Below, in pieces: positions 1 to 10,145 of a DNA stretch of 64,000 bases. Numbering within the stretch: position 1 is the stretch's first letter; each line of letters opens with the position of its first letter. Origin of the DNA: an uncultured delta proteobacterium. Its GTDB lineage: Bacteria; Myxococcota; Myxococcia; Myxococcales; Myxococcaceae. Position numbers and translations under genes: made by a program. The notes below the pieces were generated by a model. The model did no database searches and was not told where the DNA came from. It was given only the letters and a program-made list of their open reading frames with translations. Where the stretch lies: assembly GCA_963776345.1 (NCBI GenBank), contig CAVZMH010000009.1, forward strand, positions 1-64,000, written 5' to 3'.

Positions 1-2067
1 AAGAACGGCATCCTCTGCCAGGGGCGGGGGAGCGCGGCCAACTCCGCCGTCTGCTACGCGCTGTGCATCACCTCCATCGACCCGGTGCGGATGGGGCTCC
101 TCTTCGAGCGCTTCCTCAGCCTCGAGCGCCCCGAGCCCCCGGACATCGACGTGGACTTCGAGCACGAGCGCCGCGAGGAGGTGCTGCAGTACGTCTACCG
201 GAAGCACGGGCGCGCCCGGGCGGGCATGGTGTGCGAGGTCATCTGCTACCGCGGCCGGCTCGCGGTGCGCGAGGTGGGCAAGGCACTCGGGCTGTCGCTG
301 GACCAGGTGGACCGGCTGGCCAAGCACACCGAGCTGTCCGGGACCGGCGCCCTGACCGACGCCCAGGTGGCCGAGGCGGGCCTGCGCCCCGAAGACCCGG
401 GTGTGCAGCGGACGCTGGCCCTGGCCGAGATGCTGGAGGGCTTCCCCCGCCACCTCTCCATCCACGTGGGCGGCTTCGTCATCACCCACGGAGAGCTGGC
501 CGAGGTGGTGCCGGTGGAGAACGCCTCGATGAAGGACCGCACCGTCGTCCAGTGGGAGAAGGACGACCTGAACGCGCTCGGCATCTTCAAGGTGGACCTC
601 CTGGGGCTGGGGATGCTGACGGTGCTCTCCAAGTCGTTTACCCTCATCGAGAAGCACGAGGGCCTCCGGCTCGACCTGGCCACCATCCCGGGCGAGGACC
701 CGGCGGTGTACCGGATGCTGGGCGAGGCGGACGCCATCGGCGTCTTCCAGGTGGAGAGCCGGGCGCAGATGAACCTCTTGCCCCGGCTGAAGCCGAAGAG
801 CTTCTACGATCTCACCATCGAGATCGCCCTCATCCGCCCCGGCCCCATCCTGGGGGACATGGTCCACCCCTTCCTCCGCCGCCGCGAGGGGCTGGAGGAG
901 GTGACGTACCCCTCCGACGAGGTGAAGCACATCCTCGAGAAGACGCTCGGCGTGCCGCTGTTCCAGGAGCAGGCGATGCGCCTGGCGGTGACCGCGGCGG
1001 GGTTCGATCAGGGCGAGGCGGACGCGCTCCGCCGGGCGCTGAGCCACAAGCGGGCCGAGGTGCTGCTGGTCCCCTGGCGCGAGCGCTTCATCGAGGGCTG
1101 CGTGGGCCGCGGCTACCCTCGCGAGTACGCCGAGAAGTGCTTCGAGCAGTTCAAGGGGTTCAGCCACTACGGCTTCCCCGAGTCCCACTCGGCGTCCTTC
1201 GCCCTCATCGCCTACGCCAGCGCCTACGTGAAGTGCTACCACCCGGCGGCGTTCGCCGCGGCGCTGCTCAACAGCCAGCCGATGGGCTTCTACGCCCCGC
1301 ACACCATCGTCGAGGACGCCCGGCGGCACGGCGTCGCCGTCCGGCCCATCGACGTGCGCCGCTCCGACTGGGACGCCACGCTCGAGGACGGGGAGCTGCG
1401 CATCGGGCTGCGCGAGGTGAAGGGGCTGCAAGAGACCCATGCCCGGGCGCTGGTGGAGGCACGGGGGCCGGCGGGGTTCCAGGACCTGGGGGACCTCGCC
1501 GGCCGCGTGCGCATCCCCCGGCACGCGCTGGAGCGGCTGGCCCGGTCGGGCGCGCTGGACGGACTGTGTGGGAGCCGGCGGCAGGCCGTGTGGGAGGTGC
1601 AGGCGCTCGGGCCGGCGGCGGACGACGACCTGTTCCGCGGCGTGCCGATGGACCGCTCGCTGGCGCCGGGCCGACCACTGGGCGAGGCGGAGCAGGTGGC
1701 CGAGGACTACCGGACCACCGGGCTGTCGCTCTCGAAGCACCCGCTGGCGCTGATGCGGCCGTTCCTCGACCAGCGGCGGGTGCTCACCGCCGCCCGACTT
1801 CAAGAGTCACCGGCGAGGCAGCGGGTCCGCATCGCAGGACTGGTCATCTGCCGGCAACGGCCGCCGACGGCGAAGGGCGTGGCGTTCCTCTCGCTCGAGG
1901 ACGAGACCGGCATCTCCAACCTCGTGGTGCCGCCGGAGATCTTCGAGCGCGACCGGCGGGTGCTGCTCGGCTCGGCCTTCCTCTACGCGGAAGGGAGGGT
2001 GGAGCGGGTGTCGAAGGTGGTGACGGTGCAGGTCTCGCGGGCCAGCGCGCTGCGGCTCCCGTCCTAG
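1..2067 (+). CDS. dnaE2: Error-prone DNA polymerase III alpha subunit DnaE2 (5' part outside the window)
   Basis: Frame is open from base 1: GRGSAANSAVCY, FERFLS, PDIDVDFEHERREEV, FPRHLSIHVGGFV, GFPESHSASFA, LLNSQPMGFYAP, and OB-fold QRPPTAKGVAFLSLEDETG, all typical of DnaE2. Confidence 0.93.
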   Translation, partial: KNGILCQGRGSAANSAVCYALCITSIDPVRMGLLFERFLSLERPEPPDIDVDFEHERREEVLQYVYRKHGRARAGMVCEVICYRGRLAVREVGKALGLSLDQVDRLAKHTELSGTGALTDAQVAEAGLRPEDPGVQRTLALAEMLEGFPRHLSIHVGGFVITHGELAEVVPVENASMKDRTVVQWEKDDLNALGIFKVDLLGLGMLTVLSKSFTLIEKHEGLRLDLATIPGEDPAVYRMLGEADAIGVFQVESRAQMNLLPRLKPKSFYDLTIEIALIRPGPILGDMVHPFLRRREGLEEVTYPSDEVKHILEKTLGVPLFQEQAMRLAVTAAGFDQGEADALRRALSHKRAEVLLVPWRERFIEGCVGRGYPREYAEKCFEQFKGFSHYGFPESHSASFALIAYASAYVKCYHPAAFAAALLNSQPMGFYAPHTIVEDARRHGVAVRPIDVRRSDWDATLEDGELRIGLREVKGLQETHARALVEARGPAGFQDLGDLAGRVRIPRHALERLARSGALDGLCGSRRQAVWEVQALGPAADDDLFRGVPMDRSLAPGRPLGEAEQVAEDYRTTGLSLSKHPLALMRPFLDQRRVLTAARLQESPARQRVRIAGLVICRQRPPTAKGVAFLSLEDETGISNLVVPPEIFERDRRVLLGSAFLYAEGRVERVSKVVTVQVSRASALRLPS

Positions 2068-2864
2068 CGGAGGATGGCGAAGGTCTGCTGGTTCATCGCC
2101 ACGCAGGTGTCGCCGCTCCACAGCTCGCGCAGCTCGACGAAGAAGCCTTCCTCGAGCGCCACCATCCGCGCGCGGTGGAACAGCCGATCGTCCGGGTCGA
2201 TGCGCGCCGGGTCCACCAGGAGCTCGGCGAGGAAGCTGATGGTGGCCATCGGCCGCGGCTGCGCGTCGATGGAGAAGAGCGTCGGCCACCACGCGTCGAG
2301 CAGGCCGATCATGCTCGCCGCGTCACGCCGGGGCGGCGCCACCCGCTCCCGCACGTACCCGGCCGTTTCCGCCTCGTCGCCGCCGACGAAGGGCATGGGC
2401 CCGGCCGAGCGGTACTCGTAGGCGCGGGCGAAGTCGGGCCCGAAGGGCGGCTCCACCGGGAGGACCGGGAGCTGATCCCAGTCCGCGCGCTCCGGAGGGT
2501 CGATGCCGCGGAGCCTCGGCACCTCGACCTGGCGCGGCCCAGAGAAGACGGCGCTGGCCACCGACACGCCCTCCGCGCCCTGGGTGAGCCTCGCCTGGAG
2601 GTTGCTCTGGTTGCGCCCGCGGCGGAGGACCTCGACCCGGATGCTCGCCGGGCCCGGCAGGACCGGTCCGGCGATGTCCCCGGCGAGCGTCCGGAGCCTC
2701 CGGCCGGCGTCGCCGAGCTCGGCCTCCATCGCCCGGACCAGGAGCCCGAAGACCAGCCCTCCGAACATCCCCCGGCCCTGCTGCCAGCCGTCCGGCACCA
2801 TCGCCTCGAAGGCGCAGGGGCCGGTGGCGCGCACCGCGGTGGCCTGTTCGAACCCGGGAAGCAT
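2064..2864 (-). CDS. Acyl-CoA thioesterase family (double hotdog, TesB-like)
   Basis: WQQGRGMFGGLV, GPVLPGPASIRVEVLRRGR, LLDAWWP, ELW...VAMNQQT. Confidence 0.8.
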   Translation of the reverse strand: MLPGFEQATAVRATGPCAFEAMVPDGWQQGRGMFGGLVFGLLVRAMEAELGDAGRRLRTLAGDIAGPVLPGPASIRVEVLRRGRNQSNLQARLTQGAEGVSVASAVFSGPRQVEVPRLRGIDPPERADWDQLPVLPVEPPFGPDFARAYEYRSAGPMPFVGGDEAETAGYVRERVAPPRRDAASMIGLLDAWWPTLFSIDAQPRPMATISFLAELLVDPARIDPDDRLFHRARMVALEEGFFVELRELWSGDTCVAMNQQTFAILR

Positions 2865-2867
2865 CGG

Positions 2868-4356
2868 TCAGCCGATGATCATGGTCTCGCGCTCCAGCCG
2901 GCCTGTGCGGAAGCGGTCGAGATCGAAGCGGGTGAACAGATCGTCGCGGGTGTCGTTCACCATCCACGCCGCCATCCGCTCGGCGACGGCCGGCGCCATC
3001 ATGAAGCCGTGCCCGACGAAGCCGGACATCTGGAGCATGTTGGGAAGGCCGGGGGTGCGTCCGAGCACCGGGTTGTTGTCCGGCGTCACGTCGTAGCAGC
3101 CGGCCCACTGCCTCAGGACCTTGATCTGCCCCAGCCGGGGGATCTGCTCGGTGAGCGCCCGGGAGAAGCGGGAGAGGAAGCGGAGCGTGGAGCCCATGTT
3201 CAGGCCCGCAGGCTCCCGCGGGTCGCCCATCCCCCCGACGATCTCCCCGCGCATCGACTGGCTGAAGTACAGCCCCGAGTCGAGCACCGTGACCAGGGGG
3301 GTGAGGAACGGCTTCAGGGGCTCGGTGGAGAGGATCTCGTGGCGGTGCGGCTCGTTGGGCAGCTTCACCCCGGCGAGCCTGGCCACCTCGGGGCTCCAGG
3401 CGCCGGCGGCGACGACCACCGTCTCGCAGCCGATGCGGCCCCGGTCGGTCTGAACCGCGCGGACCCGTCCCCCCGACAGCTCGAAGCCGGTCACGGTGGT
3501 GAAGGTCTCCACCCGGACGCCGCGGCGCTGGGCCGACTGCGCGTACCCCCAGAGGAACGGCCAGGGGAAGATGACCCCGTCGTCCGGGTGGTAGGCACAG
3601 AGGACCACGCCCTTCATGGTCAGCTCGGGGACCACGTCGCGCCCCTCGCCGGGGGAGAGGATTCTGCGTCTTCACCCCGTGCCGGTTGTGCAGCTCGGCG
3701 CCGGCCCGGAGATGCTCGGCCACCGCCTCGCCCCGGGCCAGGAACAGGTAGCCGCCCTGCCGGAGCCAGACGTTGATACCCATCTCGCCGGCGAACTGCT
3801 TCATCAGCTCGATGCTCCGGCGGGCGAGCTCGACGTTGGTGGAGGTGCCCCACTGCATGCGCACGCCGCCGCCGTTGCGCCCGCTGGCCCCGGCGCAGAG
3901 GTAGCCGCGCTCCAGCACCACCACGTCGGTGCACCCGAGCTTGGCGAGGTTGTGGGCCAGGGCCAGGCCCATGATGCCCCCGCCGACGATGACCACCCGG
4001 GCCTGCGCCGGGACGGGCTCGGCGGGACGGAGCGCGTGCGACCCCACCTGGATGGCGGGAGGCACGCCGCCCACCGAGGGCCTGGCCTCGTCCACCGGCA
4101 CCGAGGCGAGGAGCGACATCTCGACGGGATGGAGCGGAGGCCGCGGGGTGAAGGGGAGCACCGCGCCGGCGCTCGCCCCGGTGCGGTCGGCGAGCGTCCT
4201 GGCCACGGCCGACAGGCAGGTCTTCCCCTGGCAGAGCCCGGTGCCGAAGCCGGTGTACCGCTTGATGCTCTCGATGTCCCGGTACCCCTTGTCGATGGCG
4301 TGGCGGACGTCGTCGAGCGTCACGTCTTCGCAGGGGCAGAGCACCGTCTTGCTCAC
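2868..4356 (-). CDS. FAD-dependent oxidoreductase (sarcosine oxidase beta / proline dehydrogenase-like) with N-terminal BFD-like [2Fe-2S] domain; 1-bp frameshift near 3662
   Basis: GTG at 4356: CPCEDVT...GTGLCQGKTC, then VVIVGGGIMG and GASGRNGGG. Continues in a second frame (ORF 2868..3635) with WAGCYDVTPDNNPVLG and GFVGHGFMMAP. Confidence 0.85.
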
Positions 4357-4517
4357 GGGTGGATCTTCCTTCCGGAAGTCAGCTCGGCATAGGTGACCGA
4401 CGCCCGGGGCGACCCCTTCTTCCCGATCTGCAGCCAGACTCGCTCGGAGGTGCGGTGATTCCTCGCCAGCCACGCCCGCCAGCGAGCGGCGGTCGGGAAC
4501 TCGAGGCCGGCGATCAT
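4353..4517 (-). pseudogene. 54-aa remnant resembling the N-terminus of YdeI/OmpD-associated (bacteriocin-protection) proteins
   Basis: MIAGLEFPTAARWRAWLARNHRTSERVWLQIGKKGSPRASVTYAE matches the F...WRAWL..NH....VW....KK.S...SVTY.E pattern. It ends before the usual ALCFGWID motif. ATGA/GTGA overlaps with both neighbours. Confidence 0.6.
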
Positions 4518-5836
4518 GGGGAGAGGATCCCCCGCCCAGCGCGGCGTCCCGACTCGACGGCGTCCACGGCCGCACCCGGGCGGACGAGGTCGCCCGCGGC
4601 CCAGATGCCCGCGGCGGCCGTCCTTCCGTCCGGCTCGACCTCGGGCGCGAAGGTGCGGAGCTCGGGCCGGAAGGCGATCCTCACCCCCGCCTGCCGCAGC
4701 AGCTCGAAGGCAGGGGAGGGCGGGAGGGAGACCACCACCGCGTCGCACTCGACGCGCCGCTCGCGGCCGCCGGCCGCGCGGAAGGAAAGGCCGTGGACCC
4801 AGGTGCGCCCGTGCGCCCGGACCGGCGCGCCCTGCACCGTGCCGGCCGGGGCGGCACCCGACCCGGTGTGGAGCACGACCGGCGGCGCGGCGCCCTCGCC
4901 CTGGAACATCCGGACCAGCGGGAGCAGCTGCGCGCCCTCGCCGAGCACCACCGGCGAATCCCCGACCAGGAGCCGCCGCCGCCGGAGGAGGTCCGCCGCG
5001 GCCCGGCCGCTGAAGACGCCCGGGATGTCGTTGTTCTCGAACGGGACGGGGGAGGCGTGGCCGCCCACCGCGAAGAGGATCGCCCGGGCCTGCACCAGCA
5101 ACACCCTTGGACCCTCGCCGTCGCGCTGCACGGCGAGCAGCACCCGTCCCAGCTCGTCGTCGTAGAGCCCGAGCACCGTGGTGCCCAGCCGGAGCTGGAC
5201 GCCGCGCGGGGTGGCCGGCGCCGGGGCCTCCGCCTCTTCGGGGGCGTCGAGCACCAGGCGTCCGCCCACCCGGTCCTCCTGCTCGAGGAGGAGCGGTGAG
5301 ACGCCGCGCGCGCCGAGCACCTCGGCCGCCGCCAGCCCCGCGGCGCCGGCGCCGACGATGGCGACGTCGACGGAGAGGCGCTCGGGAGGACGCGGCACGG
5401 GCGGCGGCGCGTCCGGCAGTAGCCCGAGCCCCGCGAGGTGGCGCGCCACCGTGGCCATCACCTTCTCGGCCACCGGGACGCCGGCGAACATCGAGTGGTG
5501 GTCCATCCCCTTGGGAAACAGCCAGTCGATGCTGGAGAAGACGTCCACCCGGACGCTGGGGTACGCGTTCTGCCGCTCGATGCGCATCCCGGCCCGGACC
5601 GGCACCTGGCAGGAGAAGCGGTTGGGGACGCCGTCGATGCGCACCAGGCAGCTGGAGCACGAGGCCGCCATGCAGAACGGGCCCCGCGGACGGTGGTACT
5701 TGATGCTCCGCGAGAACACGGTCTCCCCTGCGGCGAGCAGTGCGCAGGCCGCCGGCTCTCCCTCGCGGGCCCGGAGTGGCTTGCCCTCGAACTCGATGGT
5801 GAGCTCCGGGCCGTTTGCCGGAGCGAGGCGTCGCAT
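4514..5836 (-). CDS. 2Fe-2S + FAD/NAD(P)-binding oxidoreductase (sarcosine oxidase alpha / proline dehydrogenase alpha-like)
   Basis: FSRSIKYHRPRGPFCMAASCSSCLVRIDG...C, DVAIVGAGAAGL, PFENNDIPGV, AAGD. Confidence 0.85.
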   Translation of the reverse strand: MRRLAPANGPELTIEFEGKPLRAREGEPAACALLAAGETVFSRSIKYHRPRGPFCMAASCSSCLVRIDGVPNRFSCQVPVRAGMRIERQNAYPSVRVDVFSSIDWLFPKGMDHHSMFAGVPVAEKVMATVARHLAGLGLLPDAPPPVPRPPERLSVDVAIVGAGAAGLAAAEVLGARGVSPLLLEQEDRVGGRLVLDAPEEAEAPAPATPRGVQLRLGTTVLGLYDDELGRVLLAVQRDGEGPRVLLVQARAILFAVGGHASPVPFENNDIPGVFSGRAAADLLRRRRLLVGDSPVVLGEGAQLLPLVRMFQGEGAAPPVVLHTGSGAAPAGTVQGAPVRAHGRTWVHGLSFRAAGGRERRVECDAVVVSLPPSPAFELLRQAGVRIAFRPELRTFAPEVEPDGRTAAAGIWAAGDLVRPGAAVDAVESGRRAGRGILSP

Positions 5837-5855
5837 GGGGCGGGTTCTACCCGAC

Positions 5856-7582
5856 CTAGAACACCAGGTGCCGGCCCTTCTGCCGCCGGGTGTAGATGCT
5901 GAGCGTGGCGGTCACCTCGCCGACGCCCATGTTGCCGGAGTCGCCGATGCCCGAGGCGCCGAACTCCTCCCACTCCAGGGCCGAATCGGTTCCGTCGTTC
6001 TCCTTCAGCATCCCGCCGATGGTGCGCCGCGCTAGCTGGAGCTTCCGGTCGTCCCGGGTCCAGAGGCTGGTCGAGAGGTCGTGGCTGTTCTCGAAGAGGC
6101 AGAACCGCACGTAGGACTCGAAGTCCGGCAGCTCCATCCCCACCAGGATGGGCATGAAGAACTCGGTCGTCGCCAGGCGGACCTCGGCCATCCCCTTGCC
6201 GTCCCAGTTCACCCGCACCGCGCTGTCCGGCCGGATCTTGAGGATCACCGGCTTCACCGCCTCGGAGTGCTCGCCGTAGGCGCCGTCGGCCCGGCCGCCC
6301 TCGCGCACCACGCTCACCCCCGGGGTCTTCTTCGCCTCGGCGACGATGTCCACCAGGGTCTGCGCCTTGTGGACCATCAGCGGGCTCAGCACCTTGTCCT
6401 CGGTCGCCTCGCGCGGATCGGCCACCCGCCAGGAATTCATCTCCTCGTTGATGAGCCCGAGCAGCGTGTCCAGCGTCCGGCTCGAGGCGGCGACGCCGTG
6501 GAGCGAGGTGCACTTGTGCGCCCCGAAGCCGCAGACCGAGTAGGTGAGCCGGACGGCGATCCTCTTCAGCTCCTCGGGCGCGTAGCCGTCGTCGACGTAG
6601 GACCAGTTGCAGCCGCCGCCCTCGAAGCGGAGCCGGTTGAGCCCGCGGCCCGCCTGGATCTTGCTCGCCGTCTCGGACGAGCCGGTGACCGCCACCACCG
6701 TCACCCGCCGGTCGGTCGCCAGCGAGGCGATGCCCTTGCCGAAGCCCTCGACCTTCTGGACGTAGGCCGGGTCGGCGCCGGCGGCGATCATCATCCGGAT
6801 CATCGTGGTGTTGGTGATCCCGCGTAGGGGTGCCCCTTGTAGATGAACGGCACGCCCGCCAGGTACGCCCCGACGAGGTGGATGCCGGGGATGCCCCAGA
6901 TGAAGTTCATCGGGGAGATGATGACCGACACCCCCGCGGGCACCCACGGGTTGCGCCAGTAGCTGTGGCCCGGGAGCATCGGCGGGAGCAGCTCGCCCTG
7001 GAGCGCCGCCTCGGCCGACCCCTCGAGGTGGTCCGCCGCGCGCTTGGCCTCGAAGAAGTCCTTCTGGGCCTCGAGCCGGGTCTTCGGGATCTGCTGGCGG
7101 ATCTCCCGCATGCAGTCCTCGGAGAAGAGGTCCATCATCCGGCTGAAGTTCTTGATGACGTGCTTGCGGTAGGTGAAGACGTCGTCGGCCCAGGAGAGCG
7201 ACTTCCAGGTCCGATCGGCCGCGCTCACCGCACGCTCGGAGTCCTCGGCGGTCGAGGCGGGCACCTCCATCAAGGGGATCCGCCGGTCGGCGTGGCTCCG
7301 GAGCAGAGCCATCTCGCCCCTGTCGGGCAGGCGCCACTCGCCGTCGATGAAGTTGGTCACCCGGACCGGGGCGTCAGAGCTGCGCTGGGGCAGCTCGCGC
7401 CAGCAGAACAGGTAGGGCTTCAGCAGCTCCAGCTCCCGGTCGGTGAGGAGGTTGGTGAACAGGCCGTGGGCCTTCCGCCGCTCGGCGAAGACCGCGGCGA
7501 CCGGGTCCTTCCCCAGCTGCCCGCGGGCGTTGAAGGCCTGGATCTCCTCGGCGAGACGGGGGAAGGCGGCGAGCGTGGACAT
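5856..7582 (-). CDS. Aldehyde dehydrogenase family protein (divergent); 1-bp frameshift near 6820
   Basis: NFIDGEW, IISPMNF, YKGHP in ORF 6800..7582. VTGSSETA, FEGGGCN, candidate catalytic AHKCTS, EFFMP and FGASGIGDSG in ORF 5856..7337. Confidence 0.8.
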
Positions 7583-7630
7583 GGTGACAGCCGTCTAGCG
7601 CCACCCCCGCCGGCCTTCAATCCCGTCGGG

Positions 7631-9019
7631 TCAGACCGGCTCGGGGAACTCGCGGGGCCGGGTGCCGAAGCGGGTGCGGATGGTGGCGCCCAGGGCGATG
7701 AACCCGGCCGCGGTGAGCGCCAGCGGCCCGAGCACCGGGATGAGCTGGACCACCAGGAGCACCAGGATGCCGAGGGCCAGCACCGCGGCCTGGGTCTTCC
7801 GGCTGGCCCGGAGGACCGGGAGGCGGGTCCCGACCTCGGAGGCGAGCGCCGAGAAGCCCATGGCGATGCCCACCGCGGTGAGGAGCACCAGGACGAACAT
7901 GAAGGGAATCCCGATGATCAGGACGGTGAGCAGCACCGCCAGCCCGGCGATCGCCAGCGACCCCAGCAGCCCGGTGAGGCCGCAGCGGAGCGGGTCACGG
8001 CGGATCTCCGACTCGAGCTGCTTCATCGGCTTCGGGGCGAACATGATGAAGACGAAGCCCAGCGCGAAGTAGACCGCGAACTGGATCAGCAGCCAGAAGA
8101 TGGACGACCCGGAGTGCCGATGGGCGGGCCGCGCCTTCCTCTCGCTCGGGCCGATGGCACCCAGCCCGCCGGACTTGCCGCCGAAGGAGAGCGTCTGGCC
8201 ATGCACCTTGGCTCCGGGCTCGCGCTGCACGCTGCCACCGAAGGCCACCGCGTCTCCGCCCACCATCGCGTGGGGCCCGAGCTGCACGTTGCCGCCGAAG
8301 GCGACCGCGTCGTTGCGGACGTGGCCCTTGATCAGAAGGCTCCCGCCGTAGGCCACGGCGTCGTCGACCTCCTGGTCCTCTTCCACCGTGACGTTGCCGG
8401 TCCCGACCGTCTGCCGGTCCGAGCCACCCGCGCGGCGGTGGAACGGGAGCATGTCCTTCAGGCCCTTGAGGTCCTTCAGGTCCTTGAGATCCTTCAGGTC
8501 GCGAAGGTTGCCGAGCTGGTCCGGGAGGTCCTCGGGCGGGGTGGCGCTGTCCGCGTCCTCCTGGTCCGGGTCCGGCTCGTCGTCCGCGCTCGCCTCGTCA
8601 GAGGGGTGCCCGGGGTGACCCACGTGGGGCATCGGGGGCATTGGCGGGACGGGCGCCACGGGCGGCATCGGGGGCATCGGGGCCACCAGCTTCGGGGCCG
8701 GCGAGCCCTCGGCGTGCGGGCGCAGGCTGTAGATGTTGCCGCGCTTCTCGAGCGAGAGGCCGTAGGCGCGGGCCAGCGTCTCCAGCGCCTCGTCGGCCGG
8801 CACGTTCTGGAAGAAGACCTCGGCGTCCTCGTCCAGGTCGCCCCGGACCACGACGCTCAGCTTGCCCTCGCTGGCGATGCGCTCGGCGACGTCCCGGAGC
8901 GAGCCATGCATCTTGAGGGTGATGCGAGGAGCCGAGTCCTTCGTCGGCTCGGGGGCCGTGGGTCCGGCCAGCCCGAGGAGCGGCACGAGCGCCGCGAAGA
9001 GTGCCACCGCGCGCGTCAC
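7631..9019 (-). CDS. Membrane protein: signal peptide, STN-like N-domain, Pro-rich linker, polymer-forming/bactofilin-like beta repeats, multi-TM C-terminus
   Basis: GTG 9019 (GTGA overlap). SLRDVAERIA...NVPADEALETLARAYGL; repeated DAVA[YF]GG motifs; about five hydrophobic segments at the C-terminus. Confidence 0.65.
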   Translation of the reverse strand: MTRAVALFAALVPLLGLAGPTAPEPTKDSAPRITLKMHGSLRDVAERIASEGKLSVVVRGDLDEDAEVFFQNVPADEALETLARAYGLSLEKRGNIYSLRPHAEGSPAPKLVAPMPPMPPVAPVPPMPPMPHVGHPGHPSDEASADDEPDPDQEDADSATPPEDLPDQLGNLRDLKDLKDLKDLKGLKDMLPFHRRAGGSDRQTVGTGNVTVEEDQEVDDAVAYGGSLLIKGHVRNDAVAFGGNVQLGPHAMVGGDAVAFGGSVQREPGAKVHGQTLSFGGKSGGLGAIGPSERKARPAHRHSGSSIFWLLIQFAVYFALGFVFIMFAPKPMKQLESEIRRDPLRCGLTGLLGSLAIAGLAVLLTVLIIGIPFMFVLVLLTAVGIAMGFSALASEVGTRLPVLRASRKTQAAVLALGILVLLVVQLIPVLGPLALTAAGFIALGATIRTRFGTRPREFPEPV

Positions 9020-9519
9020 GGCCGGACCTGGGCCTCCACCACCCGGTGCGCGGCGAGACGGCGGACCCCCAGCGTCGAGACGACGACCAGGCCGGCCATG
9101 GTGACCACCATCGGCACGGCAGCGGTGCTCCAGATGGCCGCCAGTGCCTCGGAGAGGCCGAAGAAGACGTTCCGCCACACCACCACCGCGGAGGCGGCCC
9201 GGGTCCCGAGGAGCCCGAGGTTCCCGTGCGTGGCGACGAAGGCAAGCGTCGCCCCCATCAGGGTGACGGCGAGGATGGACAGGCCGGTGCGCAGCTCGAC
9301 CCGGGCCGGAGCCGGCTCGAGGGCCACCCGGGCCATGACGCCCTGGACGAAGTCCCGGGGCGGGAGCGGGTCCACCAGACGGGTGAGGTCCTTCTCCAGC
9401 TGGCGGTGCTCCTCGGCGAGGAAGGCGCAGTCCGGGCAGCCGCGGAGGTGGGCGAGGGCGTCCGCGTCGTGCTCCGCCGCGGCGAGCAGCAGGGTCTCGA
9501 GCTCGGGGCAGGCGTTCAC
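9016..9519 (-). CDS. Putative zinc-binding anti-sigma factor with TM helices
   Basis: HLRGCPDC (HxxxCxxC ZAS motif), directly downstream of and overlapping the ECF sigma gene; hydrophobic C-terminal half. Confidence 0.75.
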   Translation of the reverse strand: MNACPELETLLLAAAEHDADALAHLRGCPDCAFLAEEHRQLEKDLTRLVDPLPPRDFVQGVMARVALEPAPARVELRTGLSILAVTLMGATLAFVATHGNLGLLGTRAASAVVVWRNVFFGLSEALAAIWSTAAVPMVVTMAGLVVVSTLGVRRLAAHRVVEAQVRP

Positions 9520-10136
9520 TGGGCGTCCTCCGTCTTCATCTGCCGGCGCAGCTTCTCACGCGCGCGGAACAGGCGGGCCATGATGGTGCCCGGGGCCACG
9601 CCCATCACCTGGGCGATCTCCTTCGTGGTGCGCTTCTGGACGTAATAGAGCGCGAGCACCTCGCGGTCGTCCGTCCCCAGCGTGGCCATCGCGACCTCGA
9701 GGCTCCGGTGCTCCTCGGCGGCGATGACGCCCTCCTCCTGGCTCCTCTCGCCGGAGGGGAGCGACTCGTGCATCTCGTCCACGTCCTGGGTGTGCACCCT
9801 GGAGCGGCGCCGGAGCAGGTCGAGGCAGAGGTTCCGGGCGATCGCCAGCACCCACAGGTCGAAGGGCTTCGACTCGTCGTACCGGCCGAGGTGCTGGTAG
9901 GCGCGGAGGAAGGTCTCCTGGGCCACCTCGGCGGCCTCGGCCTCCGTCCGGAGCAGCCGCAGGCAGAGGCCGTAGACCGAGCGCTGGACGCTGCGGACCA
10001 GGGCCTCGAACGCGGACCGGTCTCCGCGGCGCGCGGCGTGCACCTCGGCGCGGTACGGCACGGTCTCGGTCGGCTCGGCCAGGATCGACCCCAGCGCCGC
10101 CGGGGAAGGAAGCCACGAGGAGAGCAGGGTGGTCAC
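9516..10136 (-). CDS. ECF RNA polymerase sigma-70 factor
   Basis: GDRSAFEALV, EVAQETFLRAY, WVLAIARNLCLD (region 2); KEIAQVMGVAPGTIMARLFRAR (region 4). Confidence 0.93.
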   Translation of the reverse strand: MTTLLSSWLPSPAALGSILAEPTETVPYRAEVHAARRGDRSAFEALVRSVQRSVYGLCLRLLRTEAEAAEVAQETFLRAYQHLGRYDESKPFDLWVLAIARNLCLDLLRRRSRVHTQDVDEMHESLPSGERSQEEGVIAAEEHRSLEVAMATLGTDDREVLALYYVQKRTTKEIAQVMGVAPGTIMARLFRAREKLRRQMKTEDAQ

Positions 10137-10145
10137 GCCAACCCA

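Noticed and set aside
63..3776. Very long alternative-frame ORFs (e.g. 63..3776, 6830..9583, 9708..13325, 37933..41601, most of 48695..52813)
   Set aside because: Arg/Pro/Gly-rich shadow frames of real genes, expected in high-GC DNA; no recognisable motifs.
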